Shown: piece after piece, positions 51,550 through 64,000 of the stretch
How positions within the stretch are numbered: the stretch's first letter is position 1
How the letters are laid out: each line of letters begins with the position of its first letter
Assembly: GCA_024679065.1 (NCBI GenBank)
Contig: JAGIQG010000016.1
Coordinates: 51,956,001-52,020,000, forward strand
DNA: 64,000 bases
Origin: Sphyrna mokarran
Taxonomy: Eukaryota
Direction of reading: 5' to 3'
Made by a program: the position numbers and the translations under genes
The notes under the pieces: model-generated
What the model was told of the DNA's origin: nothing
Seen by the model: the letters and a program-made list of their open reading frames with translations, nothing else
Databases searched by the model: none

Positions 51550-54410
51550 ATAACAGACAGGGCGTTTGGATGGGCAGGAATTTGTAAAATGTATACTGGA
51601 AGGATTGTTGGAGCAGTATGTGGCTAGCCCAACTAGAGAAGGGGCTATATTGGATTTAGTTCTGAGGAATGAGCCAAGGCAGGTGGTTGATGTTGTAGTA
51701 GGGAAACATGTGGCTAACAGTGACCGCAATTCTGTCTACTTTAGGATACAGATGGAAAAGGATGCTTATTGCCCTAGGGGCAGCGTGCTGAATTGGGGGA
51801 AGGCTAACTACACTTGGGTTAGGCAGGAACTTATGGAAACTGATTGGAAATGGTTGTTCGAGGGTAAGTCCACGCTAGGTATGTGGGAGTCTTTCAAGGG
51901 AATACTGAAAATGTTGCAAGAAAGATATGTGCCAACTAAGAGGAAAGATGGGAGAGGTAGGATTAGAGAGCCGTGGATTACTAGGGATATCGAGGATTTG
52001 GTTAGGAAGAAAAGAGAGGCGTATGATAGGTCAAAGCAGCTGGGAATGGAGACAGCATTGGAGGAATACAGAGAGAGTAGGAACGAACTCAAATGGGGAG
52101 TTAAAAGGGCAAAAAGGGGGCATGAAATGATTTTGGAGGATAGGATTAAGGAAAGTCCAAAGGCTTTTTACTCCTATGTTAGGAATAAAAGGATGGTTAG
52201 AGGAAAAATCGGATCTCTTAGGGACAGAGGAGGGAAACTGTGCTTAGAGCCCAAGGCAATGGCGGAGATCCTGAATGAATACTTTGCGTCGGTATTCATG
52301 AAGGAGAGGGGCTTGTTGACAGCTCCTGTCTCTGAGGGAGCTGTGGACCAGTTGAGGGAAATATCCATACCACGGGAGGAAGTGTTAGAGCTTCTAGGTG
52401 GCATTAAAACTGATGAATCTCCAGGGCCTGATGGCATTTATCCCAGGCTGCTTAGGGAGGTGTGAGGTGAAATTGCTGGGCCTCTGACGCAAATCTTTGT
52501 CTCTTCTTTGGACGCAGGTGGGGTCCCAGAGGTCTGGAGAATAGCTAATGTTGTCCCATTGTTTTAAAAAGGGTAGTAGGGATAACCCTGTGAATTTATA
52601 GGCCGGTGAGTTTGACGTCAGTGGTAGGGAAGCTGTTGGAGGGGATTCTTAGAGATAGGATGTATAGGCACTTAGAGCGTTGCGATCTGATTAGGGATAC
52701 GCAGTATGGCTTTGTTAAGGGGAGGTCGTGCCTTACAAATCTGGTAGAATTTTTTGAAGAGGTGACGAAAACGGTTGACGAAGGGTGAGCCATTCATGTC
52801 GTCTACGTGGATTTCAGTAAGGCGCTTGACAAAGTCCCTCATAGGAGGTTAGTTGAGAAGGTCAAGGCTCATGGGATACAAGGACCGGTAGCTAGATGGA
52901 TAAGTAACTGGCTTAGTAATAGGAGACAGAGAGTAATAGTGGAAGGGTGTTTTTCTCGCTGGAGTTCAGTCATTAGTGGTGTGCCGCAGGGTTCGGTACT
53001 GGGATCTCTTCTATTTGTAATATATATAAATGACTTGGAAGAGGGAGTAAGTGGAGTGATCAGCAAGTGATCAGACGATACAAAGATGGCTGGACTTGCG
53101 GATAGTGAGAAGCATTGTCAGGCAATGCAGCAGGACATAGATAGGCTGGTAGTTTGGGCAGATAGATGGCAGACGGAATTCAATCCTGATAAATGCATTT
53201 TGGGAGAAAGAATGTAGGGGGGAGGTATATGATAAAGGGTAGACGTAAGAGTATAGAAACGCAGAGGGACCCTGGGGGTGCAGGTGCACAAGGTGGCAGA
53301 GCAGGTTCAGAAGGTTGTGAAGAAAGCATATGGTATGCTAGCCTTTATAGGAAGGGGTATAGAGTACAAGAACTGGCCTTTAATGTTGCAGTTGTGTAAA
53401 ACGTTGGTTAGACCTCATTTGGAATACTGCGTCCAGTTCTGGTCGCCTTACTACTGGAAGGACATGGAGACTCTGAAGAGAGTGCAGAGGGGGTTTTCCA
53501 GGATGCTGCCTGGTATGGAAGGTCTGAGTTACGAGGAGAGGTTAGGCAAATTGGGACTGTTTTCCTTAGAAAGATTTAGATTTAGAGGAGATCTAACAGA
53601 GGTCTACAAGATTATGAGGGGAATAGATGAAGTAAACAGGGTTAAGCTTTTTTCTTGGATGGAATCGAATAGCACGAGGGGCCATGGGCTTAGGATGAGG
53701 GGGGTAAGGTATAATTTGGACGCTAGAAGGAGTTTTTTCACAGAGGGTGGTGGGGGTATGGAATGCACTGCCAAGTAAAGTGGTGGAAGCAGGCACTCTG
53801 GAGTTATTTAAGAAATACTTAGATGGGCACATGAACAGAATGGGAGTAGAGGGGTATAGAAAACTGATCTAAAATAGGGATCATGAGCCTTGGGAGTCCC
53901 TGGCAAGTGTGTAAATAGATGATGATATTGATGTACTTGTTTTTATCCTACAGGTGCTTTGGTCCACCTTGTTGTCTAACGAGGGGCATATACGCGATGG
54001 GTCGTGAGAGTGCTGCTCTTGGATTTTTTTTTGAGAGTATCCTAGTGCTTCACGTCGTTAGTGTACACTTGGCCTGGACCGTTTGATGGGCAACACGACA
54101 GCTCAGTGACTATCACTGTGCTGTGCAGATACATGGATTTGGGCCTGTGTCTGTGGGAGTTTGCACATTCTCCCTGTGCTTGCGTGGGTTTTCTCTGGTT
54201 GCTCCGGTTTCCTCCCATATCCCAAAGATGTGCTCTTAGGCTAACTGACAAAACAAATTCTCCCTAAATTGTCTCAAATTTGGTTTTTAATGCATAGATC
54301 TATAAACATAGACAGGGATCACGGGTAGAGGTGGGAACATCGGGGTGGCGGTGCGGGCTCGTTGGGCCAAAGGGCCTGTTTCCCGTATTGTTTTGTTCTT
54401 TATTCTTTTA
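51550..54410 (+). mobile_element. CR1 LINE of a second family, about 2.9 kb, 5'-truncated; 3' end contains a SINE-like segment
   Basis: ORFs 51566-53778 with the EN C-terminus (PTREGAILDLVL, SDRN), PGPDG, QYGF, GVPQGSVLG; in-frame stops; CR1-type tail gggccaaagggcctgtttccc at about 54365. Confidence 0.92.
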
Positions 54411-54639
54411 GCACATTCAGCCCGAGGCTGGCTTTGTTATTTTAGGTTTATTTGGATTTACATTATTTTGTTTATCATGTTTTCCTTTCTTTTTGTTTAC
54501 ATATTTTGCTTTATTCTGTTTTGTATCGAGCTGATTTGCATACTTGAATACTTTAAATATATTTTCCTTGGGCTGGCTTATGATTTTACATAGAATTGCT
54601 TTGCAGGCAAACTTGTCATTCAACTCAACTGACTATTCT

Positions 54640-55450
54640 GGCACAGGTACATCACACAAGCCTCCACACACTTTTCCCAAACTGTTCCTCTTGGGCAGTT
54701 CCTCAGGACCAAGGATGATTTACTTCCATTTCAATTTGATGACTTCTTGGATGGCTGATAAATCCAATGCACAATCTGCAGACTCTGTCACGTGTGGGCC
54801 AGAGTGGTGATGTTTGAAGGTCTGGGAGATGAGTTGTTTGAAGGTCCTTGTGCTTCTTTCAACCCTCTGACAATTTTGGTTGGTACTCCCATGAGCTGGC
54901 AGGAATATTTGGGAATGTTTTGAGGATATCCATAAATTGTTACTTCTGTCCTCTTGAGAGTCTCCTGCTGCAACTGAGTTCTGAGGAGAGCAGTTGTTTG
55001 ATGAGACTGGTTTCAGATACATGAGTAACATGTCCTGCTCGTTGGATTTAGTTTTGAGTGATTAGCCTTGATACTAGACGTTGGTTTGGGAGAGAATGAT
55101 TCTATTGGATTGTCTTCCTGCTATTGAATTTAGGGATCATGAGAAAACAGCGTTTTGAGTTGCCTTGTGTAGGTTATCCAAGTCCCCAGGACATATAGAA
55201 ACATGGGGATCACCACTGCATGGTAAACCATGACCTTAGACTTGGAATCCTGATCCTAGTTCTTAGATACTCTTTTCCTCAATCTGCCAAAGGCTGAGCT
55301 TCCAAATTGGATGCGATGATGAATTTTATTGTCCCTGCCTGCCTTTGTCTAGAGGCAGCTCCTGAAATATGGAAAGCAGTATACAATTTCCAGGATCTTG
55401 CCTTTGATCTTAATGGATGGGGGGGGGGGTGTTTTGTTTGGGAGCTGGTT
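54640..55450 (-). mobile_element. Decayed RTE-type LINE
   Basis: Minus-strand translation KILEIVYCFPYFRSCL...IHHRIQFGSSAFGRLRKRV...KVMVYHAVVIP, typical of the RTE RT C-terminus. Confidence 0.7.
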
Positions 55451-56274
55451 AAGAGAGAACCTTAGTTTTCGAGGTATTTGGTGAAAGAGCCATTTTCTCA
55501 ATTGCTTCAGAAAAGATGATAATAACCTGGAGTTCATATACTCAAACTAGCTTTTATTTACTGTTTCTAAGTGGACGAATCAAGCTTCTTTTTAATGATA
55601 TCGAATCTACCTGCTTCCGTCTCTCCTTGTGGTACTGAGTGAATTCTTGATTTGATTGGTAAGTTGCTCTTTTGTTTTTATGTGGCCTTATTCTTTCTCT
55701 ACATTCTCATAATTAAACACATTAGTAATTTCAGTGACCTATATCAGGTTTCCCCTTAGTTTTTTGCTCCATAGAAAGGAGGCTAAACTTGTTCAGTCTT
55801 TCCTGATTTGGTGACGTCCTTATAAATCACTCCTTATTTTCTCCTTTGCTTCGATATCCTTGGTGATATGGAGCCCAGAACTGCAGACAAGACTAGTTAT
55901 AGTCTCATAATTTTCTCTATATTTTTATGTTGTCTTCTCACTTTTATATTCTGTTTCTCGAGAAAGTAACTCAATATTTTGATTTCACACTTTATAGACT
56001 GACAACTTGCATTGCTACCTGCATTTTAGATCTCTAAATTGTTTATACTTTGTTTATGGGAATAAGCACCTTTTTTATTCTTAATAAATTACACTTGGTT
56101 GTATTAAACTTAATTTGTCATTTATTTACCCACTGTGCAAGCTTGCTTATATCCTGTATTTTGGAGTAGTATTAGCTGTAGCCCCACACTCTGTCAACTT
56201 GGTGTCACCTGGTTTGGTCCAAAAAAAGTCAGATGTGAAATTGTTGATCCTGGCTGTCTAGGTCCTATATGAAT

Positions 56275-56514
56275 TTTCATTTGATTTATTATTGTCACAT
56301 GTATTAGTATATAGTAAAAGTATTATTTCTTGTGTGCTATACACACAGCATACCATACAAAGAGAAGGAGAGGAGAGAGTGCAGAATGTGGTGTTACAGT
56401 CATGGCTAGGGTGTAGAGAAAGATAAGCTTACTATAAGGTAGGTCCATTCAAAAGTCTAATGGCAGCAGGAAAAAAGCTGTTCTTGAGTCAGTTGGTACA
56501 TGACCTCAGACTTT
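56275..56514 (-). mobile_element. Rex1/Babar-type 3' tail
   Basis: tttattattgtcacatgtattagtat...gcagcaggaaaaaagctgttcttgagtcag, shared with 37555 and 46962. Confidence 0.7.
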
Positions 56515-56606
56515 CCTCCTCTCTTTTTCCTCTCCTCCTCCCTCCCCCCCGTCTCTTCCCTCTCTCTCTCTCTCTCTCTCTCCCCCTTTGAGGCTATATC
56601 AACTTG

Positions 56607-57253
56607 AGGCAGTCAAGTCGATAAGGTTGTTAAGAAGGCATATGGAGTCTTAGCTTTTATTGGTAGGGGGATTGAATTTCGGAGACGCAACGTCATGTTG
56701 CAACTGTACAAAACTCTAGTGCGGCCGCACTTGGAGTATTGTGTGCAGTTCTGGTCCCCACATTATAAGAAAGATGTGGAGGCATTGGGAGGGTACAGAG
56801 GAGGTTTACCAGGATGTTGCCTGGTATGGAGGGCAGGTCTTATGAAGAGAGGCTGAGGGATTTGAGGTTGTTTTCGTTAGAAAGAAGGTGGCCAAGAGGA
56901 GACCTTATTGAAACATATAAGATGATTAGAGGTTTAGATAGGGTGGACAGTGATAGCCTTTTTTCTAGGATGGAGAAAGCTAGCACGAGGGGACACAGCT
57001 TTAAATTAAGGGGTATGAGTTATAGGACGGATATCAGAGGTAGGTTCTTTACCCTAAGGGTGGTTCAGGAGTGGAATGCCCTGCCTGCAGCAGTTGTAGA
57101 TGCGCCAAGTTTGGTGGCGTTTAAGAGGTTAGTTGATAAGTATGTGGAAGAGAAGGGAATGGTTTAGTTTGGAGGGGCATTGCTTTTTATATTGGTTGGC
57201 GCAACATCGAAGGCCGAAGGGCCTGTTCTGTGCTGTAATGTTCTATGTTCTAT
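56607..57253 (+). mobile_element. Young CR1 LINE, 5'-truncated
   Basis: ORF 56814-57167; TTCTATG tail; TSD CTATATC at 56594-56600 and 57250-57256. Confidence 0.95.
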
Positions 57254-59319
57254 ATCTGGGGTTGGAGTCTGGGTCATTTCCTAAGTTTGCATGGGTACTT
57301 TTCTAGGACACCAGTAGAGCAGGGAGTGGGTGAGGTGTCCACTGATGGAGCCAGGGTCACTTTCTCGCCTACCCTGGTTTACTCACTGTTCAGCACCCAA
57401 CCAGCAGCTTCCCACCCCCATCCTGTGCTGTTGCTCCTGGATCTTAGACATCATTCTCTTTCCAGAACCTGGGCTTCTGGTGACTAAAGTTGAAGCATCA
57501 GAACATAGCAGTGGCTGGCCCAGAATGCAGCGTATGGGGGAGCGGAATTGAATTTTGAAATCAACCTATGGGCTGGATCAGAAAGTGCAACAGGTCAGAT
57601 CCAGCCCCACCCCTGATGTATGTCAGTTCATAAAGAAAGTCTAGCAGGCTTTCTTGAGATTAAAGCAAAAAGGGTTTGGTTACTTATTAAAAACCCACGC
57701 CGGCAACAACATAAAAAATTTTAATAGTATCCTGGTCTACACTAATTCTGTGTGTCTCAACTTTCATGACACTCCCACACACAAGCATGAAGAATTACAA
57801 GCTATGCAGAAGGGAGTTACTTCCTTTGCCAATTGGGAGTTCACTGTTTGAGTCCTTGGCTACAACATATTTTTCTTCACATTTGTTCTGAGATTTCAGG
57901 AGTTGAAACTCATGTAAAACTGCAATTGCTAGTGGCAATTTATTTTTAAAACATAATCCACCTTTTCCAAAAATTAGATGATTTTTGCAAGTGGTTCCTT
58001 TTGATGAAATTTTCTCTACCTTTTGCTGGATTTGCTGAAATAGAGATAGGGTTTTAACTTGGAAGAGAAGAGGAAACCGCATATTAATACTTCATTGGCA
58101 GCTATTCCAAACTGCACTTTTGGTAGCTTGTGTGCAATGTTAAATGGAATTTTAAAAAATGATACTCCAATCGCACAACCTCTTTCTCCATAATAATTGC
58201 AGAAGGCATTTGCTTACCTGATAACTGGAAAGATTTTGGCTTTTCTTTTCATGGCCAATGTAATTAGATTCTGTGATAGTCCGAACTATCAACTCCTGAA
58301 TATCCATCTTGATGAAATCGGAAAACATCTTTCCATTTAATTATTGTCCAAGTAGGCTTTCCGTCTCTGTTTGAGAAATAGCTTTATAATGCAAATATGA
58401 GATTTCAGTTTTCAGTAAATCCTCAAGTTGTTCTTGATATCAATAAGTCTAAAATTTCACGAGCCTGTTTGGATATGTGAATTGTAATTCATATTGGAAC
58501 TTTACAGAAACTGGCCAATTTGCACTACCAGGTATCATGTGATTTGTGATAGCCATCTTACATCAGTGTAGTATTTAAAAGTACTTTTGAAACAACTGAA
58601 TATACATTTGATCAACTGATGAAAGTAAGATTGATGTCATTTATGCACAAATCAAATCATTGTGACAGTTATTGTAAATTGTCATTTTAAAACGCATGAT
58701 TAATCAAAGCAATCAGCATGGACTTGTTATGGAAAAATTGTCCGATCAATGATTTTTTTTGAGAAAATAATGGGGAGAGTTGATGAGGGCAGTGAATTTG
58801 ACGTAGTCTGCAGGATTTTAGTAAGGCTTTTGAGAAGTAAAAGTCCACGGGATGCAAGGGAAAGTGGCAAGTTGGATCTAAAATTGGCTTAGTGGACACA
58901 TAATGATGCTTGGGAGTTTTTCTGACTAAGGTTGTTTCCAGTGGTATTGCTTGGGGTTCAATATTGTGTTATTTGCTTTTCATGGTATAAATCAATGACA
59001 CTGATGCCTGTGGTTTGCCTAAGCTAGGGTAGAATAAAGGATCACGGTAACCAATAAGATTAAACTGAGGGGTTAGCTGATGCAATATTTTCAAAACCAT
59101 CTCAGCCTAAGATGAAACATTAGATCAAGCTTGGAGGGAGTGCAGTGCTTCATTCTGTCATCTTGGATCTTATTTGATGAAGCTCAAAATGGGATGCAAA
59201 GTCACGTCTTGGTAGCTTGAATCTTGTTTGTCCCTGCTGTGGGGACTGTGATCGGACTTAATTTGAATGGCCTTTTTTGATTAGAAATAAAGTACTGAGA
59301 AGTACAAATTTTTAAAGAA

Positions 59320-60400
59320 TGGTTTATAGATTCCTTGGCAATAACTATATTGTAATGGGAAGGGAGCTTGGAATAAGATACTGTAACTATTGTGGGAGAT
59401 TGTCATCTTAATATAGATTGGGCAAATCAGATTGACAAGTGTAGCCTGGAGGATAAATTTGTAGAGTGTATATCATGGGACAGTTTCTCAGAACATTATA
59501 TTCTGAAATCAACCAAGAACAGGCTGTTGAGGAGCTGGTGTTGTATAATGAGACAAAATTAATAAATTATCCCAAAAGTAAAGGATTATCTAATTAAGAG
59601 TGATCATAACGTAGAATTTCACTTTTAGTTTGAGGGTGAAGACTGTCAGCTTAAATAAAAACAATTATTACAATGTGAAGACAGTCAGCTAAAGTGGACT
59701 GGGAAATAGGTTAAAAGATAAGGCAGTAGAGCTTACATTTAAGATGTTTCATAACTCAACAAGGCGATATTCCACTGAGACTTGACAGGAAGGATGGATG
59801 CATCATTTGTTGCTAAGTACAAAACTTATAGATGCTGCTAAGGTTAGTAGTAGGCCAGAAGATTGGGAAAATTTTAGAAATTAACAATAAAAGACAAAAT
59901 TGGTGTACAAGACAAAAAGTAGCAAATATAGGAACATGTAGTAAAGGCTGCAAGTATATGAAAATAAAAATGAAGTGACAGCGTGCATTGGTCCCTTGGA
60001 GAGGGTGAGACTAGGGAGTCATTCGGAAGCAAGGAAATGGCAGAGACTTTGAACAAGCATTTTATATCTGTCTTCACAGAAATAAATGTAAACAGTATCC
60101 TAAGAATAATAGAAAAACAGGGGACAACACAGACAGAGGAACATGAACAATCACGATCAGTAGAGTAGAAGTACTAGAAAAAACCATTTGAAGTAAATAC
60201 TGAAAGTCTGCTTGGCCTGACAGCCTGCATCCTCAGGCCTTAAAGGAAGTGGCTGCAGAGATGGTGGGGGCATTGGTTATAGTCTTCCAAAATGCCCTAG
60301 ATTTTGCAGCAGTCCCAATGGATTGGAAAACCACAACTAATGAAATGAAGGAGATAGAAAGCAGGAAACTATAGATCAGTCATTGGAAAAATGCTAGAGT
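59320..60400 (+). mobile_element. Old CR1 LINE fragment (EN-RT linker)
   Basis: EMAETLNKHFISVFTE, GPDSLHPQALKEVAAE-like and DWK remnants. Confidence 0.7.
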
Positions 60401-62469
60401 GAAAGATAAATGAAAACATCTTGTTGGAGAAACAGTTAAATAAAGTAAAGTAATTGCAGTTCGGAAGATGGCTTATGTTTGTTTAGTAAGGTCATGGTTG
60501 GAAGTGTGAAACCCCCCAACAATCAGTGATCCCTCTTGGGACTTCATGATAGAGACAGTGAATCTGCAGCTATCTCTATATGGGATTTAAATTATTCACA
60601 TGATTTCCCAGAACAAAGGGAAGATTTGAGGGTTGGGAATAATTTGTTTAAATCTCTATCTGGGACATTCCAGGACTGCCACTTTGCTGTGGGAATGGAT
60701 TGCCGGGTCAGTTTTTTTTTTGCATTTTGGATTTTATCTGGGTGATTTCTAACAGAAACAGAAAGTTGAAGTTGGGGTGTGGAGCTATTTGAACGAAGCA
60801 GAGAACTAATCTGCTATGAACTGTGGATCAGGAACAGAAGGCTATCAAAATCAGGGTGTTTCTGATTTTGAGCCACTGAGCAAGAATGCAGTGAATTCCA
60901 TGCTTGTACTTGGAAGTCCACAAACAAAGAGAGTTGGAGGGTTTCCCTCGCCCTGTGCTAATGGAAGGATTTCAAGAAGTCTAGTATTTTGGACAATTAT
61001 GATAATACTGAGGAGAATCAGAGTGAATCCATGAAAGCTGTGGCACATCTTGGTTTGGTCTCAGGACAATTGAAGGAATTCTCAACATCCTCTAAGTAGC
61101 GTAACTCTTGGATGGAAATAAAAGTAGAATGGGATGTGGGCTGTTGGTATTTTCAGGATTATGGTACAAGAGCTTATGAGATATAGTGTTAAGTTCATAT
61201 TTTTAACCTTTGTTCAGTAAATGTTTTTGTTTACAATGTGAAACGGGGGGATTTTTTTAAATTAATAACTGGTAGTTGGAATTTATTTTTGAAAGTTGAT
61301 TGTCTCTTCTGAGACGAAACCACATGCATTCCACGAACTTATCTCTGCGGTACTGCAAATTTGGTTTGTCCAGATATTTGAAAATTAAAGTCAGTTGTAT
61401 TATTGACACCTAAAACCCCTTTAGTAAACCACTTGTAGATAGGTTTTTCTTCAAATAGATGCCCATGGAATGTAATGCAGAATCTTTTTTAATCAAGGAT
61501 TTGTATTTCATTAACCTAATTTGCTTATTAAGGTAAGAGTATTTTGCATTGATTCTGGAGCCCAGCTTTTGCTGTTTTATGTTTAGTGAGCGTTCAGTAT
61601 TTATATGAATATTTAAGTATATAAAGATGTTGGAACAGGATTATGGACATTCTTTCAGCACTTAATACCAGCACACTCAGATCCAGTATAGCATAGTTAG
61701 ATGGTTGAATCCCTCTACTGTATCTCAACATCATAGTTCAGGTCACCCCTATGGCTTTTAATTTCTGATAGCTACCAGTTAAGTGGTGTTAGAAGCAGTT
61801 CTGTATCATGGACTAGTGCTCTTAGCTTTCATTTTGAAACTTTCATTCTACAAGAAACAAAAGATAACTTTATCCCATTAGTTTCAGTTGGATTTGGATT
61901 CCAGAGGTGAAAGGCTAATCTAAAGTAGACTGTGTCAACAGTTCTCCAATTTATATGATTTGCTGTTAAATAAGTTTTACACTATAAAAAGAAATGTGCA
62001 GAATTATTGGCAGATATGGAATGGTGATATTGTTTGGAATATTCATATTTAGTTGTAGAATCAGATTGCATTAATAATCCTAATTATTAGAATGAGTCCA
62101 GCAGAAGTGGAACTATATTAGTTTTAAGACCTTCAAATAATTTGTAGAATTTTAATTCGGAACCTCCTGGTACAGCATTGCAATATTAGGCTTGTGCCAC
62201 AAGAGCTTCTCGGTGAGGTATGTGAGTAGTTAAGCTGTCTCTTGCTCAAGAAAACTGGTACTGCAACTTGTGTATCCAACATTTTTGTTTTGATGAGTGT
62301 TTAGTCACATATAATGGAGTCTTCTGTGCCATCTCTTTGCTACTTGAGAATGAAGTTTCTTGCTAAATGCATTAGCACTAAAATAAACAGACGACCATGG
62401 TGATACATTTTAAGGTGACTTGCATGTTATAGACAGAACTAAGCAATTCCACAAGCACCAGATAAGATC

Positions 62470-63505
62470 AAAACTCTGTACTCCGGCTGCACGCAACCAG
62501 TTGCGAATAATAATGGACAATTAAACAACTGACCAGAGGAAGAGGATCGAGCAACAACTCCATGCTCAGCGATGAGGGAGCCAGCATGTCAATGCAAAGG
62601 ACAAGACTGAAGTTTTTGTAATCATCTTTAACTAGAAATGCCAAATGGATGATTCATCTTGGTGGCCTTCACCAGAGATGCCTTTGGTCAATTAGATTCA
62701 CTCCTTGTGATATCACAAAATAGCTGAAGACACAGGACACTACACGGGTTATGGAGTCTGATAAGATCCCAGGTATAGCACTGAAGAGTTGTGCTCTAGA
62801 GTTAGCTGTGCCCAGTCAAGCTGTTCCAGTATAGTCACAACATTGGAATCACCTGACAATGTAGAAAATTGCTCAGTTATTTCCCATGCACAGAAAAACA
62901 GCGTAATTCTAACCTGGTCAGTTACTATCCCATCAGTCTACTCTCAATCATCAAAAAAGTGATGGAAGGTGCTGTCAATAACAATTTCTTAAAAATAGAA
63001 TGTTCAGTTATGCCCAGCTTGGGTTCTGCCAGGACCATTTGGTTCCTGACCTCATTACAGCCTTGGTCCAATTATGGATAAAAGAACTGAAATCCAGAGA
63101 TTAGGTTGTGTGTCCTTGACCTCAAAGCAGCATTTGATGAGTATGGCATCAAGAAGTTCCAAGACCATTAATAGTCGATTGGCATCAAAGATAAAACTCT
63201 TCACTAGTTGGAGTGGTAGCTAGCACGAAGTGGTTGTTGGAGACCAACCAGCTTAACCTTAGAACAGTGCTGCAGGATCCATGGGTGTTAGGTCCAGCCA
63301 TCTTCAGTTGCTTCATCAATGATCTTCCCTCCATTACAGAAAAGGGAATGCTTGCTAATGATTGTACATTGTTCATTATCATTTGCATCTCTCAGCAGCA
63401 AGAGTGGACAAGCTTGGGCCGATATGTCACTTAAATTATAGTTGTCATTTAAGTGCCAGACACTGATCATCTCCAATAAGAGAGAATCTAACTATATTTC
63501 CCCAG
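62470..63505 (+). mobile_element. CR1/L2-group LINE RT remnant
   Basis: YYPISLLSIIKKVMEG, LDLKAAFDE, VLGPAIFSCFINDLP, MLANDCT. Confidence 0.8.
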
Positions 63506-63519
63506 TGTGGGTAGGGAGA

Positions 63520-63680
63520 TGGAAGTTGATCTTTCTCAACACCCTAGCTTTGACTGTAACACTACATTTTGTGTCCATCTGTGTTCTGTCCTATCCTTTT
63601 CTATGTACAACATGCCTTGTCCGTATAGTGTGCAAGAAACAATACTTTTCACTTAGGCATGTGACAATAAATGAAATTAA
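63520..63680 (+). mobile_element. Rex1/Babar-type 3' tail
   Basis: gttgatctttctcaacaccctagctttgactgtaacactacat...catgtgacaataaat. Confidence 0.65.
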
Positions 63681-63844
63681 AGCTTGAATGGAAACAAATT
63701 TTGGTGAGCACCTTGTCAACACTAAGTGGAAAGCAGTGCAGGTGAACATGATAAAAGAGATGGATGGCAATCCTGTGGGAGAGAAAAGCAGTATTGCTAC
63801 AAGGTAAGCATTCCTGGTAGAGAAAGAGCAGTGAATTACACACT

Positions 63845-63980
63845 AAAATAGGTAAAATATTGTGGACGCTGGACTCTGAAATGGAGAAAATGCTGAAAAA
63901 AAAGCTAATCTTGCAGCATTTGTAGATGAGAGAAAATGGAGTTGATGTTTTGAATCTGTTTGATTCTTCAGCAGAACTGA
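63845..63980 (-). mobile_element. Penelope-derived terminal-repeat fragment with hammerhead-like core
   Basis: gctggactctgaaatggagaaaatgctg...gcagcatttgtagatgagagaaaatggagttgatgtttt, related to 18930-19122. Confidence 0.6.
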
Positions 63981-64000
63981 AAGAGAGATGTATTGGTTAA

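Noticed and set aside
53934-53953. Strong splice acceptor (tacttgtttttatcctacag) inside the CR1 3' region
   Set aside because: No paired donor or transcript evidence; such sites are common in introns
61459-61532. Exon-like stretch bounded by aatag and AAG|GTAAGA, considered as TM9SF4 exon 2
   Set aside because: Translation lacks the signal peptide and FYVPGVAP motif expected for TM9SF4 exon 2, and the phase does not fit

Overview
Eukaryotic, repeat-rich vertebrate DNA. The repeat content (HE1-type V-SINEs, CR1, L2, Rex1/Babar, RTE and Penelope-derived elements) points to a shark; this is an inference, not a database result. The + strand carries the last five coding exons of the Src-family kinase HCK (kinase domain and YQQQP tail, 3499-38286; two introns of about 15 kb) and its 3' UTR. 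About 8 kb downstream lie a CpG-rich promoter and a 15-nt first coding exon (MAQTR, 47790-47804) that fits TM9SF4, the conserved downstream neighbour of HCK; no exon 2 was recognised in the window. Nearly all other ORFs in the track are retroelement fragments or chance ORFs. I found no new protein-coding system. The most interesting non-coding signals are: decayed hammerhead-ribozyme cores in Penelope-derived fold-back elements; a 62-bp-stem intronic hairpin; a cryptic triplicated ~190-bp module next to the TM9SF4 promoter; templated junction fillers in a young CR1 family; and a CR1 whose 3' end contains a SINE body. Repeat boundaries were read by eye and are approximate, except where TSDs are given.
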